From Blastocystis sp. Blastoise (Eukaryota; Protista; Bigyra: Opalinata), in assembly GCA_039096225.1 (NCBI GenBank), contig JBBPEB010000034.1, positions 992,001 to 1,056,000 of the forward strand: 64,000 nt of DNA, read 5' to 3'. How positions within the stretch are numbered: position 1 is the first letter of the stretch; every line of letters starts with the position of its first letter. Position numbers and translations under genes: made by a program. This document shows, piece after piece, positions 40,080 to 55,356 of this stretch. The notes below the pieces were generated by a model, which saw only the letters and a program-made list of their open reading frames with translations, did not search any database and was not told the origin of the DNA.

Positions 40080-40661
40080 GTTACACTAAATGAAACTGAT
40101 ATAATAGAATAAATTTATTTAAGAAAAGGAAAAAAAATATCCAAAACCAAATGAAAAAACTAGGAATTTCATGAATCATGATATTTTGTAATAAGTTTCT
40201 AGTTAAAAAAAGAGTATTAATAAAATATGTTGTCAACTATGGATTCTTATTATTCTAGAATTTATTGTTTTTAAAAATAATGTATTAATAATAAGATCTA
40301 TTCAATGATGATGTAGAATATGTATATAGACACAAGATGAAAGAAATCTCATGGAACATGGGCATTAAAAGAAGACTTTAGAACCTTTTATTGTATCGAT
40401 ATATTGATAAAATATGTGATATACATTGAATCAAGACTATAAAACATCTTATGAAAACAAAAATAGAATTAAAAAAACTAGTAAATAAAGCTAATGAATA
40501 TTCAACAAAAAACTGCACAGTGGATATCAAAATGTATTAAATACAGGAAGAATATAGGTAGAATATTCATATAATAGTAAAATAAAAATGAATAGGAATA
40601 AATATATTAATTACTAGAATTCAACTATAATAAATAGAATATACTCGATAGTATTATTATT

Positions 40662-41707
40662 TTAATTTGTTTTAAACATTATTTTAAAATAGTTTAATTC
40701 TTTTGATTTACTTTAGGTAAAGTACCATTAGCAGCCTTCTTCTTAATAATACATTTTAATATAAAACTATAATAAAAGAATGATCAATTAATTAGTGAGT
40801 AAAATAGTTTAGAAGAAATAATTATAATAAAAATAATAATTATTATTATAAATATAATAATCATATAAATATAATAATAACATATATAATAAATATAATA
40901 ATAAATATAATAATAAATATAATAATAAATATAATAATAAGTATAATAATAAATATAATAATAAGTATAATAATAAATATAATAATAAGTATAATAATAT
41001 CAATATAATAAATATATACTAAGTAATAAGAATAAGAGCTAACATAAGACACATGCCACTAGCAAGTCCGATAATCATAGGAATATTATCCTTAGCTATA
41101 TATATATATATAAGAATAATTTATTAGAGAGATATAAATATAGAATAAAGAACTTTATAATCTACATAACAGAATCATCATTAAAATTGTCGAATATTCA
41201 ATAGATACATATAAATTTTATATAAAAAATAAAAATATTATATAAAACTTGAATAAATACAATATAAATAAACATACCTAAAGTAGAGAAAGAATATTCA
41301 CCTTTAGTTAAGACAGCAACCTTATCAGTTACAGAACTTACAATAGGTTTACCATCAAAATAGACATAATATTGTGTACCATATAAAAGTGAATCACTGA
41401 AATGAACATCAAGAGTATTATTAGAAATAGAGATATAAGTTTCATCACCGAATCCAACTTTATATAAATCTCCAAAATAACTTTCACATATTACCATACC
41501 ATCAGTACCACGTTTAATAGCTTCGTCAAAAGTTATGATAATATGAGGAAGAATACCAGAGTCGGTACTATTTGCCTTTGGAGTTATATCAGTTATTGTC
41601 AGATTTTTCTAAATGGAAATGGTATACATAGATGAAATTTGTGAAAAGAATAAGATACGTGAAAAGGCAATAGTCAGTAAAAATAAAAGAACAAGGGTAG
41701 TTCTCAT
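40662..41707 (-). CDS. Signal-peptide protein with a bacterial-type SbsA/Big_5 Ig-like domain and a C-terminal TM helix (3' end approximate)
   Basis: Signal MRTTLVLLFLLTIAFS; ITPKANSTD...IIITFDEAI...ISISNNTLDV...LLYGTQYYV...YSFST; hydrophobic PMIIGLASG exon. Confidence 0.6.
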
Positions 41708-43135
41708 TTTAAGTTATAATATGGTCAAATAATAACTGTTGAATAAAAAAAAATACAATGTAGAACTGAATCATGAAAGAAATTCCCTTTTGTTCTTTTC
41801 TTCCACACACTGATTTCGAATTCTTTGTTTTCCATTTAATTTTTGCTTAAAAGAATGAATGGCTATAAAAAAAATTCTGTAAAAAAAGAACTTCTTTAAA
41901 GGAGAGAAGAAGGAAAATGAATGGTCAATAATCATAAAGTCAATCTGTCTTTTTTTGTTGTTGTTACACAGTGCTATTATCGTTTTAAAATCTTAACTTA
42001 TGAGCATGACAGTGAATGATAGAGTTTATAGAACATTTAAAAAAAATTTTGGATAAAAAATTTAATGAACATTTTTGATTGATTGTATTATATAAAATAT
42101 AAAGTGGATATTGGGTTGGTATGATGACTAAAGTTATATAAAGATAAAAATGATCTCAGTTTATAAATTATTTTAATATTTAAATTACTTAAAAAAAAAA
42201 TCAAAAAAAGAAATTAAATTCATATATTTTATTTAGTATCTTGAATTCTCTACTTATGAAATAATATTAAAAAAATGTTCTTTGTGTATAAAAGGTCATA
42301 TTATCATTATTTACGCAAAAATTTTCAATATAAAATACAAAACAATAAAGTTTTTTAAAATGAAAAAGTTAAAAAATTGAAAAAATGAAAAATAAGATAA
42401 TTTTATGCAATTTAGAATGTGTGCAATACTGTCCATGAGCTGTTATAGAGAAACAAATAAATGAAAAGCATTAGTGTTTCATATGATCCCATAAGTTGAC
42501 CCAATTATTGCAAATACTATTAATTCTAAATAAATGAAGATAGAAAAGCTGATTCACTGACAATATACCTGATGATATTATGGTCAAGTTGTTGAAAATG
42601 ATTTGATAATACTTCTAGTTTTTGATTGATTTGCTCAATAGCATCTGTACTCTGTCTTAGAGTATCAATTTCATTGTTTTGTTCTTTATCTATGTCCATA
42701 TTAAAAAAATCAATTAAAATTGTGAATTTGTGTTTATTTATTATTTTGAGCGAATGCTTAACAATTAATCATGAATAAATATAAGAAATTTTGGGAAAAT
42801 ATTTCTGGAATTATGAGAAAAATAGCAACAAACAAAGTTTTAACAAATAGAAAATGACCATATACTAATGGAAAAATTAGGGGTAATAAAATGAAAGATA
42901 CTAAAGAAAATACGAATTTAGTTAAAGGATTTAGGATACATAAAAATATATTCAGCCTAGAAATTTAAGGTTTTTTATTTGTTATGTACAGTGATTCATT
43001 ATCTAATATATATATTATGAAAGAATGGGTTGAATAGAATTGTCCCTTTTATTTGTTTTTTTCTCTTGGGAAGTATACAATTTTTTCTTACAAAAGATAT
43101 TATTATTTATATTATTATTCATAGAATTATTCGAT

Positions 43136-44136
43136 ATGCCTCTTAAAGGAGTTTACAGAGCGTAAGAACTTGATTATATTAGCATAAGATTTAATAATTT
43201 TTTAGTGGTGTTGTTGGTAAGAACGTTGGTAAGAAGATTGCCAACTCTAAAAAGATGATTAAATGGGGTCTTCTTATGGATAACAAAAAATATGTTGTCA
43301 TGCTTAAGCATACTATTTTAAACGGAAAGAAGGCTCTCTTTGTCAACAATGAACTTATTCACGAAGAACAACAAGTATATAGTTCTATAATAGTTTCTAT
43401 TCATTCTATTTCTGAATGCTCTTGCTGTTGATTGTTTTATTAAATTCTTATTTAAATATATATGTTTCTTTTTCTCTTTTTATATATATATAAAATATTT
43501 TCATGCAACAAATGTTTGCTGGTTCTAATTATGAATATGAATGGAAGATTGAACAACGTTCTTGTCAAGTTGTTATTTCTAAGGATGATGATGGCTATTC
43601 TTATGGTATATATTATTTATTTATTTTATAATTTATTTATTTTTTTTTTAAATTTTATATTTTAATATAATTTTTTAATTAATTTTTATTTATATAACTG
43701 TTAGTTCTATTTGATAATATTTATTTATATAGATTTACTTATTGATGGTGAACATTTCTTTGATTTAGATGATATTGCTGACTTAGTATATATATATCTA
43801 TTAAAAAGAAATTATAAATTAATAATAGAATATAATTTTCTAATTATATATTATATAATCTTTAGAAGGAAAAGGAAGAAGCTGAAAAGAAGAAGCCTGC
43901 TGCTAAGAAGGTCGCTAAGAAGACTGCTTCTCCTAAGGAAGATGAAGAAGAAGAAAAAGAAAAGCCTAAAAAGAAGGTTGTGAAGAAGGTCGTTAAGAAG
44001 CCTGCTCCTATTTCTTCTGGTGCTAATTTCCTTGGTATTAGTTTTGAAGATGGTGATGAAGATGAAGATGATTTCTTTGCTGCTGGTGGTACCCTTGAAG
44101 ATCAACTTGCTGGATTAGATTTCTCTGTATTTATTT

Positions 44137-44176
<40 letters not shown>

Positions 44177-44888
44177 TTATTTATTTATTATTTATTATTT
44201 ATTTATTTATTTATTATTTATTTATTTATTTATTATTTATTATTTATTATTTATTTATTATTTATTATTTATTTATTATTTATTATTTATTATTTATTTA
44301 TTATTTATTATTTATTTATTATTTATTTATTATTTATTTATTTAACATTGACATTTTTAAAGAAATATTATTTTTTTTTTTCATAAATTAATTATATATA
44401 ATAATATATAATGTAATGAATTAAAGAATTAAAAAAAAACAATAAATGAATTATACTATTATAACTATTCTATAGGTTGAAAATTATGCTGAACCTGAAT
44501 CTCCTGAAACTCCTAAGACTCCTGTTGAAGAGAAGAAGAAGAAGGTTCAAGCTGCTAAGTTCTCCTTAGGTGGTCTTGTTGATCTTGATGATATTTCTGG
44601 ATCTGATAAGAAAGAAGAAGTCAAAGAAGACAGAAAAGTCCATATTACTAAGAAAAGTATATTGTCATATATATAATATTCTTATAGAATTATTATTTAT
44701 TCTATTATTTATAGTCACTCCTGCTGCTAATTTCTCCTTAGATGATATTAAGAAACTTAAGTAAATATATATATATATATTTATATAATTCATTAATGAT
44801 TTCATAATTACATATAATTAATTCATTTTATAGTCAAGGTGCTGCTGCTCAACCTCAAAAGAATACCTTTGATCCTTTTGCTTTTTAA
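43136..44888 (+). CDS. Protein with a FAIM-like N-terminal beta domain, a K/E-rich tail and a terminal DPF motif (multi-exon)
   Basis: IKWGLLMDNKKYVVMLKHTILNGKKALFVNNELI; strong codon bias; ends NTFDPFAF*. Confidence 0.6.
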
Positions 44889-45357
44889 GTATTCTTTTTT
44901 TTTTACCATTTTTCATTGTTTTTCAATTAAACATTTTGTAGTCATCAGAGTTAAGCTTCTTTTATTGATTTGTTCTTTATATATTCTTATTTAAATAATA
45001 ATTATTGAATAATATCAATTATTTTCTTGTTATATACTATATTAGTTGCTATTTTCTAGTGTTTTAATATATAGTTGGATTTTTTTAATTTATAAGAAAT
45101 CTTTATTTTTTGTTTGGTTTTCATTAACTTAGCTTTTACTCATGTGTGTGGTTTATGTGATATTATATCTAAACCATATAGGATATCAAAACCATATAGG
45201 ATATCAATAAAAATAAATCGATGTAATGTAATCACTAATTCTATTTTTTGCAAATATAAATATATATAATAAAAAAAGCTTTATAAAAAAATAATTATGA
45301 TGAAAAGAAAAATATTTCGTATAATAAATAAAATGAAAAACAATAATTCAATTATAT

Positions 45358-46101
45358 TTAATAAGCCATACTCTTCATAAAGTTTGTTGCTACCAGTCTT
45401 GCTCTTGCATTGACTCCAATTTTCATAGCACTAATTTCTTTATCAATTTCTTCCATAAACTGAATAATAAAAGAAATTAATTGCCTTTTCTTAAAAGCTT
45501 CTAAATGAACGTTTGTTATTAAGAAACTGATATCATAATCCTTTATATAGTAATATATATATAATATTATTATTATTATATATAATTATTATTATTATAA
45601 AGTATTATTATTATTATATAATTATCATTATTATCATATATAATTATTAATATTATATAAAATTACTATTATAATAGAACAGCAATAATGTTATTCTTTT
45701 TATACAACAAACATATTTATATATATATACATCAATTGCTTTTCGTCTTAAAATAATAAATTGTTCTGCTCTTCGCATTAAAAATCTGGTAAACGTCTTA
45801 CATAAAATTTCTTCTAGATTATCAACCTGTTTGATCTTCAGACTAACACGAACTGAATTGATTGATCTTTCTATTAAACAACGTTCTCTTTCTGTACGAC
45901 ATATGAGAATAGGCTTGGATACACTGAATTTACTAGATCTTATTTCTACTTCAGGTTTATTATGTCTTTCAATACTTTCAGAAGGAAAGTTATGAATTGT
46001 CAAGACACAATTCAAAGTGTTTTCTATACAATCTAAATATGGTTTTAATGTATTTGCCTAAAAAACTTTGTTATAATACTATAGCTTAAAGATCATACCA
46101 T
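45358..46101 (-). CDS. ARPC4: Arp2/3 complex subunit 4
   Basis: [59 protein letters not shown]. Confidence 0.97.
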
Positions 46102-46357
46102 TTTCTTGTTTTCTGATTCTTTATATATTTAAATAAATATGTGTATAAAGATATAACTCTATATAAGAAAATTAATCTTGTTTTTGACTTTTTTTGCGAA
46201 GATTTTCAAACTGATTCAGCATTATTTCAGTATTAACTGAAAAAGAAAAGAAAAAGCATTAAAATATTCAGAATTCTGTAAGAAATGTTGCCTCAAAAAT
46301 GAATATTTTCAATTATGAATAAAAAAGTCACGTTTTGAGTTCTTTATTTGTTAGATT

Positions 46358-47343
46358 ATGAAAGTAGCTGCTCCTCTTACTGCTAAAGGAATTGAACTCA
46401 TCAATTTTGAGCGTTCTCATTGTGAATTATACTCTGAATGGTTAAAAGATGATTATATCTTAGAAATGACTGATACAGATGGAATGACTTTAGAGGATAT
46501 TATTCTTAGTCAAGAAAGTTATGCTGAAGAAGAAGATAGTATTTTTATTATTTAGTTTATGACATTATGAGAATATGTATATATATTTTTCTATATAGAA
46601 ATCACTGTTTTATTATCAGTCAACAAAGAAGGTTCTGCAAATGAAAAAGGTAAATTTTATGGTCTATTATGTTTATGTTATATATATTCATATATATATA
46701 GTTCTTATTGGTGATTGTAACTTATTTATTGATTATGTTGATGAAGGTATATATATATTAAATATTTCTATTATCAGTATTCAATAATAAATACTCTATA
46801 TTATACTTGTATAGAAGGAGATGTAGGTGAATTAAATGTAATGGTTGCAGAGAAGGATTATAGACGTAAAGGATATGCTATTAAAGCAGTAGCTCTTATG
46901 ATTATGTGGGGTATATATATATGTTATTATGTTTATTATTATGTTTATTATATTTATTATATTTATTATATTTATTATGTATATTATGTATATTATTAAT
47001 ATTATAATAAAATATAATAATATAATAATAATATTATAATAAAATATAATAATATTATAATAATATAATAATATAATAATATTATAATATTTCTTTTAAT
47101 ATTATTATATCAACTTCTCTATATAACTCTATATAATATATAGCTCATAAGAATTGTAATTTAAATGAATTTATGGCGAAGATCAAGTTATCAAATGAAG
47201 CATCTTATAATATGTTTAAAAAATTAGGATTTACAACTAAAACTGTTAGTAAAGCATTCAAAGAATATGAACTTCGTTTTACTTATACAAATGAAAGTGC
47301 AAAAACTTTAGTTTCTACTGTTGGTATTCCATTCAAAATTTAA
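46358..47343 (+). CDS. GNAT N-acetyltransferase, NAT9-like (multi-exon)
   Basis: IGDCNLF, GELNVMVAEKDYRRKGYA, AKIKLSNEASYNMFKKLGF. Confidence 0.85.
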
Positions 47344-47751
47344 ATAAACAAATAAAAGAAATATTTTTGATTTTTCTGATCTCTTCAATACATCATAAAA
47401 GTTTTTTTTGGAATCTAATTATATGTTCAGCTACTATTATTAATGATTTAAGATATTTATACTTGTTATATATATACTTTATATTATCATTTGAATAATT
47501 AAATTAGAATAAAATTGTTTCGATTAAAGTAAACAATCAAATCATGAATTTAAAAAGAAAAAACAGTTTATCCTCAGAAACCTTATTCTATCGAAATTCT
47601 TTTTGTTTTTTTATTTTTTGTTTTTTTTTTGAAACATTAAAAAATAGTTTCTGCTTGAAAAACAGCATTATAATCACAAACAGATTCATATTGTGACTCT
47701 TATTAATATATCTAGCAAGATAATAAAAAACATTAGTCACCTTTAGTTACA

Positions 47752-49668
<1,917 letters not shown>

Positions 49669-50124
49669 TGGAGTTCTATTATTTATAAACTTGTTTATTT
49701 CATTAGAATTGTATTGAATATATATACTATATAATTATTATTCTTGAAAAAAAAATATATAATAATTCAAACAAAACAACTTATTACATCACATTTTATT
49801 CTTATTAAAAAAATTGTTTTTGAATAATAAAAAAAAGTTGTTCAATGTTGTCAGTAAAACATAACAAATAGTGAAGAGAATAAAACAAGTGAAAGGAGAA
49901 AAAAAAAGTCAACGAAAACAGTAAAACATAAGATCTGTTGAATAATATATAATAATTATATAGGAAAGTTGAAATCAATAAAAATATAATTCAAATAAAT
50001 ACATAAAACAATAAAAATAAGAATGAATAATATGAAAGAATAAAAATCGTATTATTGAATATTTTTATTTATAGAAATAATATATATTATATATATAATA
50101 ATAAAATTATTTCAATATACTTGT

Positions 50125-51348
50125 TTAAAAAGCGAAGAATTCAAGACCTTCAAATTTTCTATTTCCAGGAATTTCGGTTTCTTCTAATAATACTTTACCA
50201 TCAATAGTAAAAACAGTAATATATGTATTTTGAGTATGTTGTTCTTCATTTTCTTCACTCTTTAAAGCAGCAATAATAGTATCTTTAGAACCAGGTACAA
50301 AAGAAAATGAACTAAATCCACGTGTAGGTGTTAAAGGAGTAACATTCTTAACATCACATTGTTCAAATTTCTCAGTACAAATAATTAAAGTATTATGACC
50401 CATACGCTCATCGGTATTTTCATCATAAGCATCCTTAGAAACACGTCTTGGTAATATAAACCATTTATGATGTATTTTACTCCAATTAATAGCTTCATGT
50501 ATCATATAACCAGGATAATCTACACCAACAGCATGTCTCATCGCATTATAATAAGAAGTCCAATCTTCATGTTCAATACGACCTTCTTTATCTATAGTAC
50601 TAATCCACATATTATTTCTATTCTTTATACTTCCATCAGGATTTGTATATTCTTTACCAAAAGAACCAACATATAATTTATTATCTTTTACAGTAGACCA
50701 TTCACATTTCTCACCCTTATCAGTTTCACCATTACCTTCCATTAATATATATTTAGGGTAAGATTTAGGTCCTTTTACAATTTGGAATACTATTCCAGTA
50801 CGATCATCCATAGCATATAATTTACCATTAAAAGCTCTAAGAGAAGATAATTCCATACCTCTACCAGCTTCATTATGACCAGTAGAAATTATTTGATCTT
50901 CTAACCAATGAATAGAAAAATTACCACTTTCATCACGAGTAAGAGTACCACGTTTCAATATACTATTCCATTTACCTTTCTTATCTTCAGAATCTCTACT
51001 CTTCTTATCAAGATCCGAAATAATCATAAGCTTAAATTCTTTAGCATCAGCAGGAGTGGTATCTTCTTCTTCTTCTTCATCAATATATTTAGATATATTA
51101 CGGAAAGAAAGGCTTCCTGCGTCATTCATATTCTTGTAAACAATAAAGAGAAGACAAGCAACAAAGAGAGCTGCACAAATTAAAAACTTCTTATTAAAGC
51201 GCCAACGACAGAACTTCTTAGGTTTGTTTACATAACGATCGTCTTCGTTGTCACTGATTTGGAGAGAAGGAGAATATTGCATTGTATCTAAATTTTCTAT
51301 ATCAAGAGCAGATCGAGTTCGTAAATTGGTATATGATTGTGATTTCAT
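50125..51348 (-). CDS. Calcium-activated nucleotidase/apyrase (CANT1 family), type II membrane, intronless
   Basis: ISDLDKKS, GRGMELSSL, DDRTG, KCEW...LYVGSFGKE, PGYMIHEA, LPRR, RGFSS, KFEGLEF. Confidence 0.95.
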   Translation of the reverse strand: MKSQSYTNLRTRSALDIENLDTMQYSPSLQISDNEDDRYVNKPKKFCRWRFNKKFLICAALFVACLLFIVYKNMNDAGSLSFRNISKYIDEEEEEDTTPADAKEFKLMIISDLDKKSRDSEDKKGKWNSILKRGTLTRDESGNFSIHWLEDQIISTGHNEAGRGMELSSLRAFNGKLYAMDDRTGIVFQIVKGPKSYPKYILMEGNGETDKGEKCEWSTVKDNKLYVGSFGKEYTNPDGSIKNRNNMWISTIDKEGRIEHEDWTSYYNAMRHAVGVDYPGYMIHEAINWSKIHHKWFILPRRVSKDAYDENTDERMGHNTLIICTEKFEQCDVKNVTPLTPTRGFSSFSFVPGSKDTIIAALKSEENEEQHTQNTYITVFTIDGKVLLEETEIPGNRKFEGLEFFAF

Positions 51349-54300
51349 TTACTATGGAAAAGAGTTGTTTTCTTAAATTATATCCAAGCTGATATAATAA
51401 AATGGGATAACTTATTCCACAAAAAAGAATTACAGAAACTCTTAAGTTTATTTTTTTTTAGGTTAGTCATTTTCTTATGGAAACAAAAAAATGCCTCACG
51501 TAACTTCTTCGATAGGACCCGCGGTTATATCCAATTTCTTGCTAGTCATTCATCACTTGTTTGATCAATTCACGACTCTGTACAATTTCGATACATCTGC
51601 CATTCATTTTATTTAATAAGCTTTATTGTCATTAAAACTAATTCTTTTTCTAAATTATATTGATAAAACAGTTTTGAAATGCTTATGACTGGGTCTTAAT
51701 CGATATATTGGTATTTATAAGTATGACACTTGAGTCTTATAAGAAATCTCTGATCTTTTCTGATAAAAATAATTTTATAAAGTGTTAAAGATACTGATTT
51801 TATAAGGAAGAAGGTAATTCTATGAAGGATTGTGTTTTTTTTATGAGTTAATTTGGTTTATATGCTTTTTATAGAATGATTTTAACACTTAGACAACATA
51901 CAGAATGATAATCTAAATTTAAAAAAATAAATAATTGCTTTATAAAATAGTTTTTCAAATAAACAATGTGTTTTTCAAATATTTTATCGATCTAATCATG
52001 GTTTTGTTCAAGAAAAATCAGTGATGATGACTATAAGTCTTTGTACATATATATCTAGATATAATTTAGATATAATCTAGATATAATCTAGATTTTCCAT
52101 TACTAACTATATATATCAGAATTATTTATCACTGGAATAATATTATCAACATCTTCTAGTCATAAGAACAGTATTTATAATAAAAAATTGATTAAAAACC
52201 CATCATTAATTAAAAACTATTCTTATATTTAAAGTATATATCTTGACCTATATTTCTTGTAGATTGTTTCAAATAATAAATCAATAAGATATTCCATATA
52301 TACTCAAGAATGATAATTCTTAAAAGACTTAAAGAATATGTTCCAGAAATAGAAAATTCCCAACAACTGAGACTTTTACGAGTTTAAAATATTTCACGGA
52401 TATTTGTTGGAGAACAACAGAAAATTAGAATTATTTATGGGAAATTGTCATTATCCCAAAATGAAAAAATCTGATAATCAAGAAAAATAAACGAAGGAAA
52501 AGGAGTTAAATACTCCAGACAATAATACTACTCTTTTCTAACTCCAGACAATAGTTTAGGGCGGCTTCTATTTAACTACGTTGTTATGCCTATCAATGGA
52601 ATATTTACGGGGAATTATTATATATTTATTAATTATTAGAGATCACAGACTATTATATATAAAGCATTATAGACACTATATATAGATATATTGCCATAGT
52701 TATAACAAACTAGGAATGCTTTAGTAACTCTATATCAATCGTATGAATTAGATTCTTTATATAGTATGTTATATAGTATTATAAACTATAATTTATGTAA
52801 TACAAACAATTGTTTAGTAGTTATAACAAAAGAGAAGCAAATTAAGCAAAGCATTTGTAACATTGAAGTTAATTTAGTTTACAGATACCTTAATGACGCT
52901 ATGCTTCAACATAAGACATATCATAACAATGAGTCAAAGTGGTGTCTCTAAATAAACTATTATTTTTCATTAATTGATAATTGTTCATATTAAACATTTT
53001 TAACTAAATAGTGATGAAATGAACATAAGTTACCACTACAATTGTAAACAAAACATATTTACCAAGAAATCTACATATCTAAGAATGGCAAATGCAAATA
53101 AAATTGTTTATGCATATAGATGTTCGTATCATCAAGTCTTATTTATTATGATATTTGTCAAAGTAGATGAAAAAAAGATCCAACTCCAGCAACGGCTAAT
53201 TTACTAATTAATCATATAACATGACGTTGAAATGATTCTTTTTCTTAATTAATAATCAATAGACAGACATTCATAATTCATCTAGAGTATAGATAATACA
53301 AAATACTGCTATCAATAATTATATATTCCAAATATGTATATGTAAAAAACAAACAAAGATCATAAGTATGATTAAAAGCTTATCACTAGCAGTATTATAG
53401 TGTCTTTATAACAAATATATCAAATAAATAATAAATTAATATAAAAAGTAAACAAAAAAAGAAATTTACAGTAAACACTTTACCTCAATTCTCTATTTTC
53501 ATTTTATAATTAATTTTCTATTGTATTAATTAAAAAAATATATATTTTTGTATTCAAACAAGGCTTTTACAAACATTAGAAGTATCTATACAAATAAACT
53601 AGTCAATTAAGGTAATCATGCTAAAATAATTATCGTTATTTTTTTATTTTATATACAATATATGCAATCAAATGCTTATACAAATTCAATATTATGAAAA
53701 AATATGGATAATAATTTAAAATGAAATGTTGAAAAAAAATGCTAACTCATTTAGTAGCTAATACTACTTGATTATGATGTAATATTCTTTGCTATCACCA
53801 CCATTTCATTATTAATAATAAAAAATATTTATTTCATAATTTATAAATTAAGTTCATGATTATTGTTTTTTTATGATGCAAAGATATTATACTATGATTA
53901 AAGTGCAATTAATCACGTAATAGCAATAATAGATGCACATAATATGGAAAATATTATAAACAATGCAATTTGTACTAAGCTAATTGTGGAGTTTACTAGT
54001 TTATAAATGACTATTAAATGATAAATATGATTGAAATATAGATATAAATTTTAAAGACTATTTTAATATTTGAATTAAGAAAAAAAAAGGTTTTTCTTTG
54101 ATATGATTATATGAATTACTATAAATACTTGTTGAAATAACACAAATCAGACTCTTTTAGCAGCATGATGGGTTAATAGGAAGAAGTTCATTTAAAGGAA
54201 ATCCATTTGAATTACAGTTCGCTGCACTTTCAACTACTAAGGGAAAACTATGCAATTATACGGTCAATACAATGTTACTGTATATATCAAAACTAAAAAC

Positions 54301-54889
54301 AAAACATATGGTTAACATGATCTAAATGAATTATGTTGAATATTATCTTAAGAGTTTTTATTTAATGGCGTATAAAACACATAGATCCTTTGCTATATAT
54401 AGAGCTAATAATTTGCTTTCTATTAAGTTACTCAGGGAATGGAAATGAATTGTCGGAGTCTTATATACCTGTAGAGTCATATTAATCATATTTATTGTTA
54501 AAACAATTGAAATATAGTAAATATAATTTTTCTAAACAAAGCTAATTTGAAATAACTGAAAAATAGATACTTAAAGATCATGAACAATCTATTATATAAT
54601 GAAAGTTATTCTTAAAAGTAACATAATAAAATATATTAATAAATCAATAAATATATATGAAATTTATAAATAAATCAATAGATATATATATATAATTATA
54701 TATATGAAATAAAAAAGCAAATATGTGAATAATATATATATATATAACAATTCACTGAACTTGTATATGTAACGAATATATAAGAATAATTATTTTAAAA
54801 TAAGGAATTCATAAGGTCCCTACTAAAATAAAATGAAAAAATAAATAAAATAATATATATATAGTATATAATAATAATTAAAGGATATA

Positions 54890-55111
54890 TTAATTACTAA
54901 ACTTATCAAATTTGGAAAAATCAAAAATATTCACTTTTTCTTCAAACGACCTTCTACAATAACGTTTTTTGGCAGAAAAAGTTCTTTTCTTCTCACAAAT
55001 CTTTTTGTATCTATTTTTTCTACTTGGTCCTCTTTTTCTAATAGCATATAATGGTGGCCATATTGGTGGATTTGATAAAATCAAAAAATCTGTTCCTATT
55101 AATTGACTATA

Positions 55112-55144
<33 letters not shown>

Positions 55145-55287
55145 AAGAAGATATAATAACAATAAAAACGGTGGATATAATAATAGTAGTAGTTATAATC
55201 ATAATATAAAAGACAATAAACATAATAGTAGAGATAATAGATATAATAGATATAATAGATATAATAGATATAATAGATATAATAGAG

Positions 55288-55356
<69 letters not shown>

